In this document: piece after piece, positions 34,318 to 43,621 of the stretch
Layout of the letters: each line of letters opens with the position of its first letter
How positions within the stretch are numbered: the first letter of the stretch is position 1
Notes under the pieces: generated by a model
What the model saw: the letters and a program-made list of their open reading frames with translations, nothing else
The model's database searches: none
What the model was told of the DNA's origin: nothing
Translations under genes and position numbers: made by a program
Assembly: GCA_048343195.1 (NCBI GenBank)
Contig: DBGDDN010000063.1
Location: 65,142-129,141 of the forward strand
Source of the DNA: Collinsella sp.
GTDB taxonomy: Bacteria; Actinomycetota; Coriobacteriia; Coriobacteriales; Coriobacteriaceae
Reading direction: 5' to 3'
Length of the DNA: 64,000 nt

Positions 34318-35544
34318 TTACGCGGCGCCCGAACGATGCCGCCATATGGATTGTACGATACCCACCGTCAGCAGCTGAATCATCATCGAAGACGAACCGA
34401 AGCTAATAAACGGTAGCGGAATACCGGTAATCGGCATCATGCCGATGCACATGCCGATGTTTTCGAAAGTCTGGAACGCCCACATGCCAACGATGCCCAC
34501 ACACGAAAGACGCAAAAACAGCGACTCGCACTTAAAGGCGACGCGAATCGTCGAAAAGATCAGCAGCACGTAGAGGCACAGGAGCAAAAAGGAACCGCAA
34601 AAGCCAAAGGTCTCGGACAGGAAGGCGAAGACGAAGTCGGTGTGGAACTCAGGCAGAAAGCCGCCGGCCGACTGCGTCGCATGCCCCAGGCCCTTACCAA
34701 AGAAGCCGCCCGAGCCAACGGCGATAAGCGACTGCTGCAGGTTGTAGGCATCGTCCGAATCGGCATTATCGGGGTCGATAAAGACCGTCAGACGGTTCAT
34801 CTGATACTGCTTGATGAGCACATCGTGGCCGAGCAACGAATCAAAGACCGAATCAAGCGCCAGGACGAGGGCCACCAGGCCCACGAGCAGGGCCAGGGTC
34901 GACAGCACCCATTCGCGGCGTGCACCGCTCATGCAGATGACGATGGCGCCCGAAACCAGCACGACCAGGCCCGAGCCCAGGTCACCCATGGCAACGACGG
35001 CCAAAAACGGAATGGACAGCATGCCGCAGAGCTTGACGTAGTCGCGAACGGTATCGATGCGACCGTTATACTGCGAGCCAAGCGTAGCAATAAAGAAGAT
35101 GGTGATGAGCTTGGCAAGCTCAACCGGCTGGAACGTCAAGCCGATACCGGGAATCTTGATCCAGCCCGTCATGCCCAGACCGCCCGTATAGGACAGACCC
35201 GGAATCTTGGGCGAGAAGATCACGATCAGGTCGATGACGAGCAACGCCGTCGAGAAATTGGAAATACCGCGCAGGTCGGTTCGCCAGACGAGCACCGCCA
35301 GCACCGCTCCGATGCCAATTCCCAGCAAATGGCGCGAGAACGAAGCATCGGCCTTAAACTGCGAAGCCGACCAGATAATGATGGCACCGTAGGCGACGAG
35401 CGCCACAGTAGCCACGAGCACACCGATATGCACCTTTTGGCGAAACGTGCCGCGCGAGGCCGAAAGTTGCTTGTTGACGCGGTCCAGGCTGCTGCGAGAG
35501 CCGGTCTTGGTTGAACGGAACAGATCCGCCGGAGAAAAATCCAT
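34318..35544 (-). CDS. rodA: SEDS peptidoglycan polymerase RodA
   Basis: FQPVELAK, DLGSGLV, GSGGFFGKG, LPEFHTDF, TGIPLPFISFG. Confidence 0.95.
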   Translation of the reverse strand: MDFSPADLFRSTKTGSRSSLDRVNKQLSASRGTFRQKVHIGVLVATVALVAYGAIIIWSASQFKADASFSRHLLGIGIGAVLAVLVWRTDLRGISNFSTALLVIDLIVIFSPKIPGLSYTGGLGMTGWIKIPGIGLTFQPVELAKLITIFFIATLGSQYNGRIDTVRDYVKLCGMLSIPFLAVVAMGDLGSGLVVLVSGAIVICMSGARREWVLSTLALLVGLVALVLALDSVFDSLLGHDVLIKQYQMNRLTVFIDPDNADSDDAYNLQQSLIAVGSGGFFGKGLGHATQSAGGFLPEFHTDFVFAFLSETFGFCGSFLLLCLYVLLIFSTIRVAFKCESLFLRLSCVGIVGMWAFQTFENIGMCIGMMPITGIPLPFISFGSSSMMIQLLTVGIVQSIWRHRSGAA

Positions 35545-35553
35545 CGCAACCTC

Positions 35554-37623
35554 CTATCGAACCGAAGAATCGCCCGAGGCCGAAGAGGTATCGGGCTCGT
35601 CATAAATCACGCCGAGCACGTCGCGCACGACATGCATCGCGGTATCTGAGCCACCGCCGCCCTGCTCCAGGACGGTAGCGATGACATACTTGGGATCATC
35701 GGCCGGTGCATAGGCGCAGAACCACGCGTATTCGTCCTCGCCACTTTTCTCGCCCGTGCCCGACTTGCCGTATACCTGCGGCGTCAGGGTGCCAAAGTGC
35801 GCCGCCAGGGACGTCGATGCCGTGTAAATCACGTCGTGCATGCCGTTGCGAACAAGAGCCAAATCCGAATCGCTGTTGATCTTGGCCTCCAGGCGCTTCT
35901 TCTTGCCCTTGCCATTGTACTTATAGGCATCGCCATCGCCATCGCGCGACACGGCAGACAAAAATACGTGAGGCACGTACTGTTTGCCGCCGTTGGCAAG
36001 ACCCATATAGGCGCACGCCATCTGCAGGGGCGTCACCAGGATGTCGCCCTGGCCGATAGCAATGTTGGTCATATCGCCGGCATTCCACTTGCGGTCCTCG
36101 GCAGAGGCGTCGGTGAAGTATGACTCTTTCCACTCGGCATCGGGAATACGACCCGCGCCCTCACTCGGCAGATCGATACCGCAGGTCTTGCCTAGGCCCC
36201 AGCGACGAAAGACCTCCTGCAGGCCCTCGGGATGTTGCTCGTCATAAAAGAACGCCTTACCCATGTCGTAGAAGACGGGGTCGCACGAGTTGGCGATACC
36301 CGACTGCAGCGTCATGGTGCCGTGGCCAGACGTCAGCCAGCAGCGCTTGCCCCAAGCCTTGCCCAGACCCGTCCAATAACCCGTGCAGTTGGTTGTCTGC
36401 GTTGAAGTGTAGGTTCCAAACTCAAGACCGGCCAGTGCCGAGAGCGGCTTGATGGTCGAGGCCGACATGTACTGTCCGCTAATGGCGCGGTTGAGCAGCG
36501 GGTGCGAACCCTTGTCATCATTGAGCTCGGTCCACACGTCATTTGAGACGCCGCCGATAAAGACGGACGGATCGAACTTGGGCTGGCTCGCCATGCCCAG
36601 GATCTCGCCATTGTTGGGATCGAGACACACCACAGCGCCGTTGCCGGCATTGCTGTAGCCAGTGGTCTTGGCAAGCTCGATAGCGCTCGCCAGCGCCGTC
36701 TCACAGGCCTGTTGGATCTTAAGGTCGAGCGTGAGCTTAATGTCGGAGCCGGCCTTCGCGGGCACGGCGCCGGCCTGACCGGTCACATTGCCCGAGGCAT
36801 CGACCTTGACGGTCTGCTCGCCACGAATACCCTGCAGCAGGTTTTCGTAGTAGCTCTCAACGCCCGCCTGGCCCACGATATCGCCCGACTGGTACGTAAT
36901 CTTGCCAGCAGAAGCATCATCATCGCCAGAGGTTTTCTTATTCTGGGCCTCGAGCTGCTCGGAGGTAATGGTGCCGGTATAGCCCAAGATATGGCATGCC
37001 GTCTCGCCGTATGGATACTGGCGCTCGGTACGCTCGGCAATCTTGACGCCCGGGAACTCGCCGGCGTGTTCCTTGATATAGGCAACCGTGGAGCGACGGA
37101 CGTCCGTCGCGATGGTATGCAGGCTCTGAGCGCCCTCTGTATTGTCCTGAATATTGCGAAGGACCGCCACATAAGGCATTCCAAGCACGTTGGCAAGATG
37201 GCGAACCAGAACCTCATCCTCGGCAAGGTCGCGGTAGGCCACGACAGCAAGTGAGGGACGGTTCTGGACAAGCGCCACGCCATTGCGGTCGAGGATGCGG
37301 CCGCGCACAGCGGGTGTGGTAACGGTGCGCGTCTGATTGCTATTAGCCTGCTTTTCGTAATAGTCCGACGAGACCATCTGCATGCCCCACAGCTTGACGG
37401 CAAGCGCCGCGAACATCGCGCCCACACCCGTGGTGAGGATGGAGAAGCGGCCCTTAAAGGCGGTCGCCGCGGTATTGCCCTCGCCCTCGGTGGCGCGCGG
37501 GGCCGTTCCATGCTGCGTATCGTAGGTAAAACGGGAATCGCCGCGACGCATGATGACCAGCGCGACCACGATGGCCACTACCAGCACGATACCGGCGATA
37601 ATAACCGTCATCTGGGAAGACAT
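35554..37623 (-). CDS. mrdA: Penicillin-binding protein 2
   Basis: RGRILDRNG, STIK (SxxK), SCD (SxN-like), KSGT; mre cluster. Confidence 0.94.
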   Translation of the reverse strand: MSSQMTVIIAGIVLVVAIVVALVIMRRGDSRFTYDTQHGTAPRATEGEGNTAATAFKGRFSILTTGVGAMFAALAVKLWGMQMVSSDYYEKQANSNQTRTVTTPAVRGRILDRNGVALVQNRPSLAVVAYRDLAEDEVLVRHLANVLGMPYVAVLRNIQDNTEGAQSLHTIATDVRRSTVAYIKEHAGEFPGVKIAERTERQYPYGETACHILGYTGTITSEQLEAQNKKTSGDDDASAGKITYQSGDIVGQAGVESYYENLLQGIRGEQTVKVDASGNVTGQAGAVPAKAGSDIKLTLDLKIQQACETALASAIELAKTTGYSNAGNGAVVCLDPNNGEILGMASQPKFDPSVFIGGVSNDVWTELNDDKGSHPLLNRAISGQYMSASTIKPLSALAGLEFGTYTSTQTTNCTGYWTGLGKAWGKRCWLTSGHGTMTLQSGIANSCDPVFYDMGKAFFYDEQHPEGLQEVFRRWGLGKTCGIDLPSEGAGRIPDAEWKESYFTDASAEDRKWNAGDMTNIAIGQGDILVTPLQMACAYMGLANGGKQYVPHVFLSAVSRDGDGDAYKYNGKGKKKRLEAKINSDSDLALVRNGMHDVIYTASTSLAAHFGTLTPQVYGKSGTGEKSGEDEYAWFCAYAPADDPKYVIATVLEQGGGGSDTAMHVVRDVLGVIYDEPDTSSASGDSSVR

Positions 37624-37636
37624 CTACAGGCCTCCC

Positions 37637-38209
37637 CTATTTGAGCTTACGGGTCTTGGGCTTAAAGCGCATGCCCGTCTGGCGTCCGCCACGTGCGGAG
37701 AATCCATAACCGGACTGCGGCACGACGCCGGACATCAAAAACGGAATGGCAACCAGACCCGTCAGGATCGAAGACGGCAGCGCATGGCCGAAGATCGCCA
37801 CGACAAAGCTCGTCTCCAAACCCATAAACAGCAAGATGATGCTGTAGATCACATTAATGACGAACGCGAAGGCGCCCACAGTGATGCCGCGTGCACTCGG
37901 GGTACCGCCCGTCTGACCGGCAGCGCTATGCACCAGGGCAAAAGAACCCACGGTCAGCAGGAGCGACATAACGCCCACCGGCACGGCAGCGGAAAGGTCA
38001 TAGAACAAGCCGCTGCAAAAACCGCACACGACGGCACGGGTCGGGTCGCCCGAGAACACGCTTAGGCACACCAGGATAATCATAAAGTTGACGCGACCGC
38101 CCGCAATGGAGATCTGCGGTGCCAGGCCTGCCTGCAGCAGCACGCACACGATGGCAGCGATTACAAACGTGCGGGAGCTCATCCCCTGCTCGTGTAGATC
38201 CATGGACAT
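37637..38209 (-). CDS. mreD: Rod shape-determining protein MreD
   Basis: Hydrophobic, GF.SGL.YD motif, between mreC and mrdA. Confidence 0.85.
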   Translation of the reverse strand: MSMDLHEQGMSSRTFVIAAIVCVLLQAGLAPQISIAGGRVNFMIILVCLSVFSGDPTRAVVCGFCSGLFYDLSAAVPVGVMSLLLTVGSFALVHSAAGQTGGTPSARGITVGAFAFVINVIYSIILLFMGLETSFVVAIFGHALPSSILTGLVAIPFLMSGVVPQSGYGFSARGGRQTGMRFKPKTRKLK

Positions 38210-38214
38210 GCCCC

Positions 38215-39213
38215 CTATTCGCTCGAGCCGGAATCGGTCGTCTCGGACGTGTCGGAACCGTCATCCGAGCTCTCGTCCTTCGTCTTGGTCGCAGCATCGC
38301 GCGACGTTCCCTGCGGCGTGCTGTTGGCCGTGTTCACGTCCTCATCCGACGCCGACTGTTCGTCGGTCAGCGAGGTGATGACCAGCACTTCCTCGTTGTT
38401 CTCGGCCGTCGTCTGGGCGCGTACCACAATGGTGTAGTACACGTCGTTTGCCGATTTCTCAACCGACGAGACGGTGCCGAGCGGAAGACCCTTGGGGAAC
38501 ACACCGCCAATGCCCGAGGTCACGATGATGTCGCCAACCTTAACGTCGGAATCGACGCTCACGTACTCAAGACGCAGCGTGCCGTCAGCCTGACCCTGCA
38601 GCATGCCCTGGGCACGCGTATCCAGCACCATGGCGGACACGCCCGAGTTCTCATCGCCAATCAGGCGCACGGTGGACGTCTTGGCCGAGACCTCGATAAT
38701 CTGGCCTATGACACCGGCAGAACTCGTCACGGGCATGTTGATGGTAAGCCCGTCGGCAGAACCCTTATCGATGGTGACGGTCGAGGTCCAGGCATCGCCC
38801 GAAGCGCCGACGATACGAGCTGCAGTGGACTTGAGGTTGTAGGTCGACTGCAGACCGACCAGACCCTCCAGTCGCTCGGCGGTCTTTTGAGCCTCGGAGA
38901 GCTCGGCGACCTTAGAGGTCAGTTCCTCGTTTTGCTTCTTAAGCTCGTCAAGCGTGTCCTGTGATGCCGTAAGGTTAGAGAACACGTTACCGATCGCATT
39001 GAAGGGAGCCGCCACAGCCGAGCCCAGAAAACGCACCGGCGAGGTAATCGTCGTCACGCCCGAACGAACGGCATGAATCGGCCCCGTCTCGCCCTCACGA
39101 ATATAAAACGTGAGCAGCAACACCGAAATCAGGCTGAAAACAATCAACGGGCGCATACCCGTTGATTGTCGCTTGGTATTCAGATTTGTGGAGAAACCCG
39201 AAGATCGTGCCAA
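38215..39213 (-). CDS. mreC: Rod shape-determining protein MreC
   Basis: TM plus coiled coil, IDKGS.DG, VTSGIGGVFPKG. Confidence 0.94.
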   Translation of the reverse strand: MARSSGFSTNLNTKRQSTGMRPLIVFSLISVLLLTFYIREGETGPIHAVRSGVTTITSPVRFLGSAVAAPFNAIGNVFSNLTASQDTLDELKKQNEELTSKVAELSEAQKTAERLEGLVGLQSTYNLKSTAARIVGASGDAWTSTVTIDKGSADGLTINMPVTSSAGVIGQIIEVSAKTSTVRLIGDENSGVSAMVLDTRAQGMLQGQADGTLRLEYVSVDSDVKVGDIIVTSGIGGVFPKGLPLGTVSSVEKSANDVYYTIVVRAQTTAENNEEVLVITSLTDEQSASDEDVNTANSTPQGTSRDAATKTKDESSDDGSDTSETTDSGSSE

Positions 39214-39234
39214 ATGGAATCCACCTTTTGGAAA

Positions 39235-40278
39235 TTAAGCGTTGGTCTGGACGAAGCCGCCATCAAACGCATTGGCCTCGAGCACGCGGGCACAGCCGTT
39301 AACGACGTTATCGAGCGCCGTGGGGCTGACGTTGACCGAAACGCCGGTCTCATCGCGCAGACGCACGTCGAGTCCGCGTAGCAGAGCGCCACCACCGGTC
39401 AGCAAAATGCCGTAGTACATAAGGTCAGAGGCAAGATCGGGCGGCGTGGCATCGAGGGCGTCCTTGACGGCCTTGGCCATCTCGTCGAGCGGCTTGTTGA
39501 GCGCGCGACGAATCTCCTCGCTCTCGATGCGCACGGTCTTGGGCAGACCGGTGATCACGTCGCGACCGTTGACCTCGACGTCGAGCTCGTCCTTGAGCGG
39601 CACAGCGGAGCCGACCTTGATCTTGATGTCCTCTGCCGTACGCTCGCCGATGGCAAGGTTGTAGGCATCACGAACGTGCGTGAGGATGGCCTGATCGAAC
39701 TCGTCACCGGCAATACGGATGGACTGCGAGACGACGATGCCGCCCATGGCGATAACAGCAACCTCGGTGGTACCGCCACCGATGTCGATGACCATGGAGC
39801 CGGTGGGTTCCTCGACGGGCAGGTCGGCGCCGATAGCGGCAGCCATGGGCTCCTCGATCAGATAGGCCTGGCGGGCCCCGGCCTGGATCGTGGCCTCAAA
39901 GACGGCACGCTTCTCGACCGACGTGACACCGGAGGGAACGCAGACGACAACACGCGGACGCGGAGTCCACGGATAGCGCTTCTCAGACGCCTTGTCGATA
40001 AAGTAGCGAAGCATAGCCTCGGTAACATCGAAGTCGGCGATGACGCCGTCCTTCAGGGGACGAACGGCCACGATGTTGCCGGGCGTACGGCCGAGCATGC
40101 GCTTTGCCTCGATACCGACCGCTAGGATGCGCTCGTCGTTCTTGTCGATGGCGACTACAGAGGGCTCGCGAATGACGATGCCCTTGCCGCGCACGGAGAC
40201 AAGCGTATTTGCGGTGCCGAGGTCGATGGCAAGATCGCCCGCATAGCTACCGAAGAACATATCCATCAAAGAAAACAA
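39235..40278 (-). CDS. mreB: Actin-like MreB
   Basis: IDLGTANT, RPLKDGVIAD, IDIGGGTTEVA, LTGGGALL. Confidence 0.98.
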   Translation of the reverse strand: MFSLMDMFFGSYAGDLAIDLGTANTLVSVRGKGIVIREPSVVAIDKNDERILAVGIEAKRMLGRTPGNIVAVRPLKDGVIADFDVTEAMLRYFIDKASEKRYPWTPRPRVVVCVPSGVTSVEKRAVFEATIQAGARQAYLIEEPMAAAIGADLPVEEPTGSMVIDIGGGTTEVAVIAMGGIVVSQSIRIAGDEFDQAILTHVRDAYNLAIGERTAEDIKIKVGSAVPLKDELDVEVNGRDVITGLPKTVRIESEEIRRALNKPLDEMAKAVKDALDATPPDLASDLMYYGILLTGGGALLRGLDVRLRDETGVSVNVSPTALDNVVNGCARVLEANAFDGGFVQTNA

Positions 40279-40393
40279 CGCAACTCCTGATGTGTTGGAT
40301 GATTGCTGGAAAACTACTAGCTCATCATACTAGCGCAAGCCCGGCACCTCACTTGCGGTGAAGCGCCGGGCAAAGCTAAATCCCATAAGGTCA

Positions 40394-41698
40394 CTACTGG
40401 TTGTCAGCAGCCGAGAAATCCATATCGAGCGAGGAAACGGCCCAGCCGATATGGTTGTCGGAGCGCACGAATTTGACGGTGTACTCCTGCTCGCCGCCCT
40501 TGGACAGCGACGCCTTAACCTTGGCGGTCGTCTCGGTCATGGACTGATCCATGCCCTCGACGGACACGGTAGCACCCTGCGGAATCGAGGAGATAATCAT
40601 CGACTTGGCGTCCTCGGGCAGGCTCGAGGCCAGGCAAGACTCGGCCTTTGCGGTGTCACCGTCGCCGGCAGCCTGGAACAGATCGGTAACGACAGACTCC
40701 TGAGACGGGAAGCCAAAGCCGCGCGTGTAGGCAAAGCCCAGACCGCCCGCGGCGATCAAAATGAGCAGAAGCAGCACGATGAAGACTTTGAGACCCGTGT
40801 GGCGATGGCGACGACGGACCTTAGCCTGCTTACGATCCTGACGGTCCTGCTGGACCATCTCGGACTCGGACAGCGTAAAGAAGCCGGTGTCCGAGGGATC
40901 GGGCATAAACTGACCGGTCGCGCCCGTAGGATCGAGCGGATCGACGGCAGGAGCGTCCATCGCGGGCGCCGGAGCCGTAGCCATGGCCGTCTGAGCAGAC
41001 AGCGCGGCAAGCGAATCGTGCACGCGGGCAAGCTCATCGGCCTGCTCGGAGGTGAGCTGGTAGATGCCATCGGCAGTAGCGGCGTTAAAGGCGTCGAGTG
41101 CGTCGGAGGGGCGACCGGCGGCAGAAAGCGCCTGACCCATGCCGGCGTTGAGTGCACGCGTATCGTCGCGGGGGCCGGCAAAGTCGATAGCCGTACGGTA
41201 GGTCTCCACGGCATCCGCCGGACGGCCGAGCTTAATGAAGCAACGACCGAGCTCGCCGAGTGCGGCGGCAGGAGCCGGATTGGCGCCGTCGATGGCAGCC
41301 TGACGGAAAGCAGTACCCGCGTTGGCATAGTCGCCCGACTGGAACAGCGCGTTACCCAGGCCCAGATAGGCCTTGAACGGCGTGGCATAGGAAGCGTCCT
41401 GCGTAGCGGCAGAGAACGCCTGAGCGGCCGTCGTGTAGTCGCCCACGGCGGCGAGCGCCTTGCCGCGGTTGGTGAGCAGCGCACCGCGCTTGCCGTAGGT
41501 GCCGTCGTTGAGGGCAGCGGCATAGGCCTCGGCGGCCTCGGCATACATGCCCAGGTGCATCAAGGCGTTGCCACGAAGGTGATCGGCCTCGCCCATAATC
41601 TCATCGGGAGTCTTTGCCGCCCCAAGCATCTGGGCTGCAGCGGAAAAATCACCCGCGCGGTAAGCGGCGCGGCCCTGTTGGATCAGCTGGCTATTCAA
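40394..41698 (-). CDS. Membrane-anchored TPR-repeat protein
   Basis: Several TPR-like repeats, RRRHRH plus a TM segment, short C-terminal external domain. Confidence 0.8.
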   Translation of the reverse strand: MNSQLIQQGRAAYRAGDFSAAAQMLGAAKTPDEIMGEADHLRGNALMHLGMYAEAAEAYAAALNDGTYGKRGALLTNRGKALAAVGDYTTAAQAFSAATQDASYATPFKAYLGLGNALFQSGDYANAGTAFRQAAIDGANPAPAAALGELGRCFIKLGRPADAVETYRTAIDFAGPRDDTRALNAGMGQALSAAGRPSDALDAFNAATADGIYQLTSEQADELARVHDSLAALSAQTAMATAPAPAMDAPAVDPLDPTGATGQFMPDPSDTGFFTLSESEMVQQDRQDRKQAKVRRRHRHTGLKVFIVLLLLILIAAGGLGFAYTRGFGFPSQESVVTDLFQAAGDGDTAKAESCLASSLPEDAKSMIISSIPQGATVSVEGMDQSMTETTAKVKASLSKGGEQEYTVKFVRSDNHIGWAVSSLDMDFSAADNQ

Positions 41699-41709
41699 GG
41701 AAGTCCCCT

Positions 41710-42252
41710 TTACTCGTGAACGATCTCGACATGGACGATCTCGTCGCCGGCACGCAGCTGCGAAATCACATCGAGACCCTCAACCGTGGTACCAAAGACG
41801 GTGTAACCGGAATCGAGGTTATGCTGGGCACCCAGGCAGAAGTAGAACTGCGAACCCGCGGAATCGGGGTCCATGGAGCGTGCCATGGCAAGGGCGCCAT
41901 CGACATGGCTATTGCGCGGATTGGTGGCAAACTCGCCCTTGATGCAGTAGCCGGGGCCACCGGTACCGGGCATGCCGTCGGGGCCCTCAAGACCGGCAGC
42001 GACGTCGGCGCCGGACATATCGCGGGTATTGGGGTCGCCGCCCTGAATGACGAAGCCGGGCACATAGCGATGGAACTTAAGGCCATCATAGAAACCCATC
42101 GTGGAAAGCTCGCAGAAGTTCGCGACATGAATGGGAGCGCCCTCGCCGTCAAACTTGACCTTGATGGTACCCTTCGACGTCTCGATAACGGCGCACTCGT
42201 CGCCGGCAAGCTGATACTCGGGCGTGTAGAGCTCTTTCTTAAAACCAAACAT
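41710..42252 (-). CDS. Cyclophilin-type peptidyl-prolyl isomerase
   Basis: FYDGLKFHRYVPGFVIQGGDP, GTGGPGY, AMARS, SAGSQF. Confidence 0.96.
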   Translation of the reverse strand: MFGFKKELYTPEYQLAGDECAVIETSKGTIKVKFDGEGAPIHVANFCELSTMGFYDGLKFHRYVPGFVIQGGDPNTRDMSGADVAAGLEGPDGMPGTGGPGYCIKGEFATNPRNSHVDGALAMARSMDPDSAGSQFYFCLGAQHNLDSGYTVFGTTVEGLDVISQLRAGDEIVHVEIVHE

Positions 42253-42359
42253 GTGGTTCCTTCCTCGTGCGTTTAAAGCATATTTGTACGAATTGTAGCA
42301 ATAAGCATGCGCTTACATCAATTGCGCACGTAGGTTATGCCGACTATGGCGAACTAATT

Positions 42360-43502
42360 TTAGGAACGCTGCTGCGGCTTCCAGGAGCCCACGTTGGCGT
42401 CGTACTGATTAAGCGCGCTGTTGCCACTCTGCGCGATGGGCGCCAGGATCTCGCTTTGGTGAGAACTCATCGACTCGCCATCGGGAATGGCCAGCGAGAT
42501 GTCCCAACTCTGGCAGATCACGTCGACGCGCTCGTACATCCACTCGGCAAGCTGCTTTAAGTGGGCGATGTCATCCGCATAGACCGTATCGTCCTGGTAC
42601 TTAAGGTTGTTGAGCTCATCTTGCGTCTTTTTAATCTGGTCGCGCAGGGCGTAGGCACTCTGCGACAGCTCCTGACGGGTGGACAGCGGCGATCGGAGAT
42701 AGCCGTTGTTAAAGGAATCGATGACCTCGCCAATCTGATCCTCGTCACCGTAGGACACGATGGTCTGATACAGACCGTCGATCCTGGTATAGAGCTGATC
42801 ATCGGTGAGCACGGTTTCTTCCTGGACCACCTCGGCAGAATCGTTCTGCTTGGTATCGTCCTCAGTCGCCTCCCCCTTTTGGCGCGTAGGGAAGGTCGTC
42901 TGCGCGGCCTGGCCAAACTGGTCGTAGAAGCCAGGCATGACACCCATGGGATCGGTCGTCACGAACCAATAGGCACCGCCGCAAACGACAGCAAGGACCG
43001 CGATGACGATGAGCGGCTTAGGGATATGACGCTTGTGCTTGTGATAGGCGTCCTCGTCGGGATGCACCTTGCGCTTGGTTTTTTGAGCATCGTCATGAAG
43101 GGAAGCGGGCGTGGGAATATCGACCTTGGGGATACCGAAATCCTTATCGAAAGCCGGCAGCACGCAGGTCTCGTTGGGGTCGGCGGCGTCCGAAAGAACC
43201 GCGGCTGCCGACGCGGGCGCATGCGGCACCTCGGTATCGATCTGCTCTTGCGTTAGGCGCGGAAAGCCCGCCGTGCGACCCGCAGCCAGATCGGATGCGG
43301 CAGCGTCCTCGGAGAGGATACCCGGAGCGGGGCGTCCGCATTTGGGGCACGTACGATCATGCGGAGAAAGACGGGCACCGCAGCCCTCACAGAACACGAA
43401 CTCGGTGTGCTCGGGACCATCGCCCGGACCCACATAGGCGTTACAGTAGGGGCAGAACGAGGCGCCGTCCTCGATAGTCTTAAGGCAATGCGGGCAGATC
43501 AC
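42360..43502 (-). CDS. Double zinc-ribbon membrane protein
   Basis: CPHC/CPYC and CEGC/CPKC, low-complexity linker, one TM, helical C-terminal domain. Confidence 0.75.
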   Translation of the reverse strand: MICPHCLKTIEDGASFCPYCNAYVGPGDGPEHTEFVFCEGCGARLSPHDRTCPKCGRPAPGILSEDAAASDLAAGRTAGFPRLTQEQIDTEVPHAPASAAAVLSDAADPNETCVLPAFDKDFGIPKVDIPTPASLHDDAQKTKRKVHPDEDAYHKHKRHIPKPLIVIAVLAVVCGGAYWFVTTDPMGVMPGFYDQFGQAAQTTFPTRQKGEATEDDTKQNDSAEVVQEETVLTDDQLYTRIDGLYQTIVSYGDEDQIGEVIDSFNNGYLRSPLSTRQELSQSAYALRDQIKKTQDELNNLKYQDDTVYADDIAHLKQLAEWMYERVDVICQSWDISLAIPDGESMSSHQSEILAPIAQSGNSALNQYDANVGSWKPQQRS

Positions 43503-43621
43503 GGCATCCTCTTTTCGAAGCAATTCAAACAATCGAGGTTAGAGCATAACATCGCCACGGCCACACAGGAGCAAGGCACCAATTCAACATCGCCAGAAAA
43601 ATCATCCCTGAAGGCCACGGA

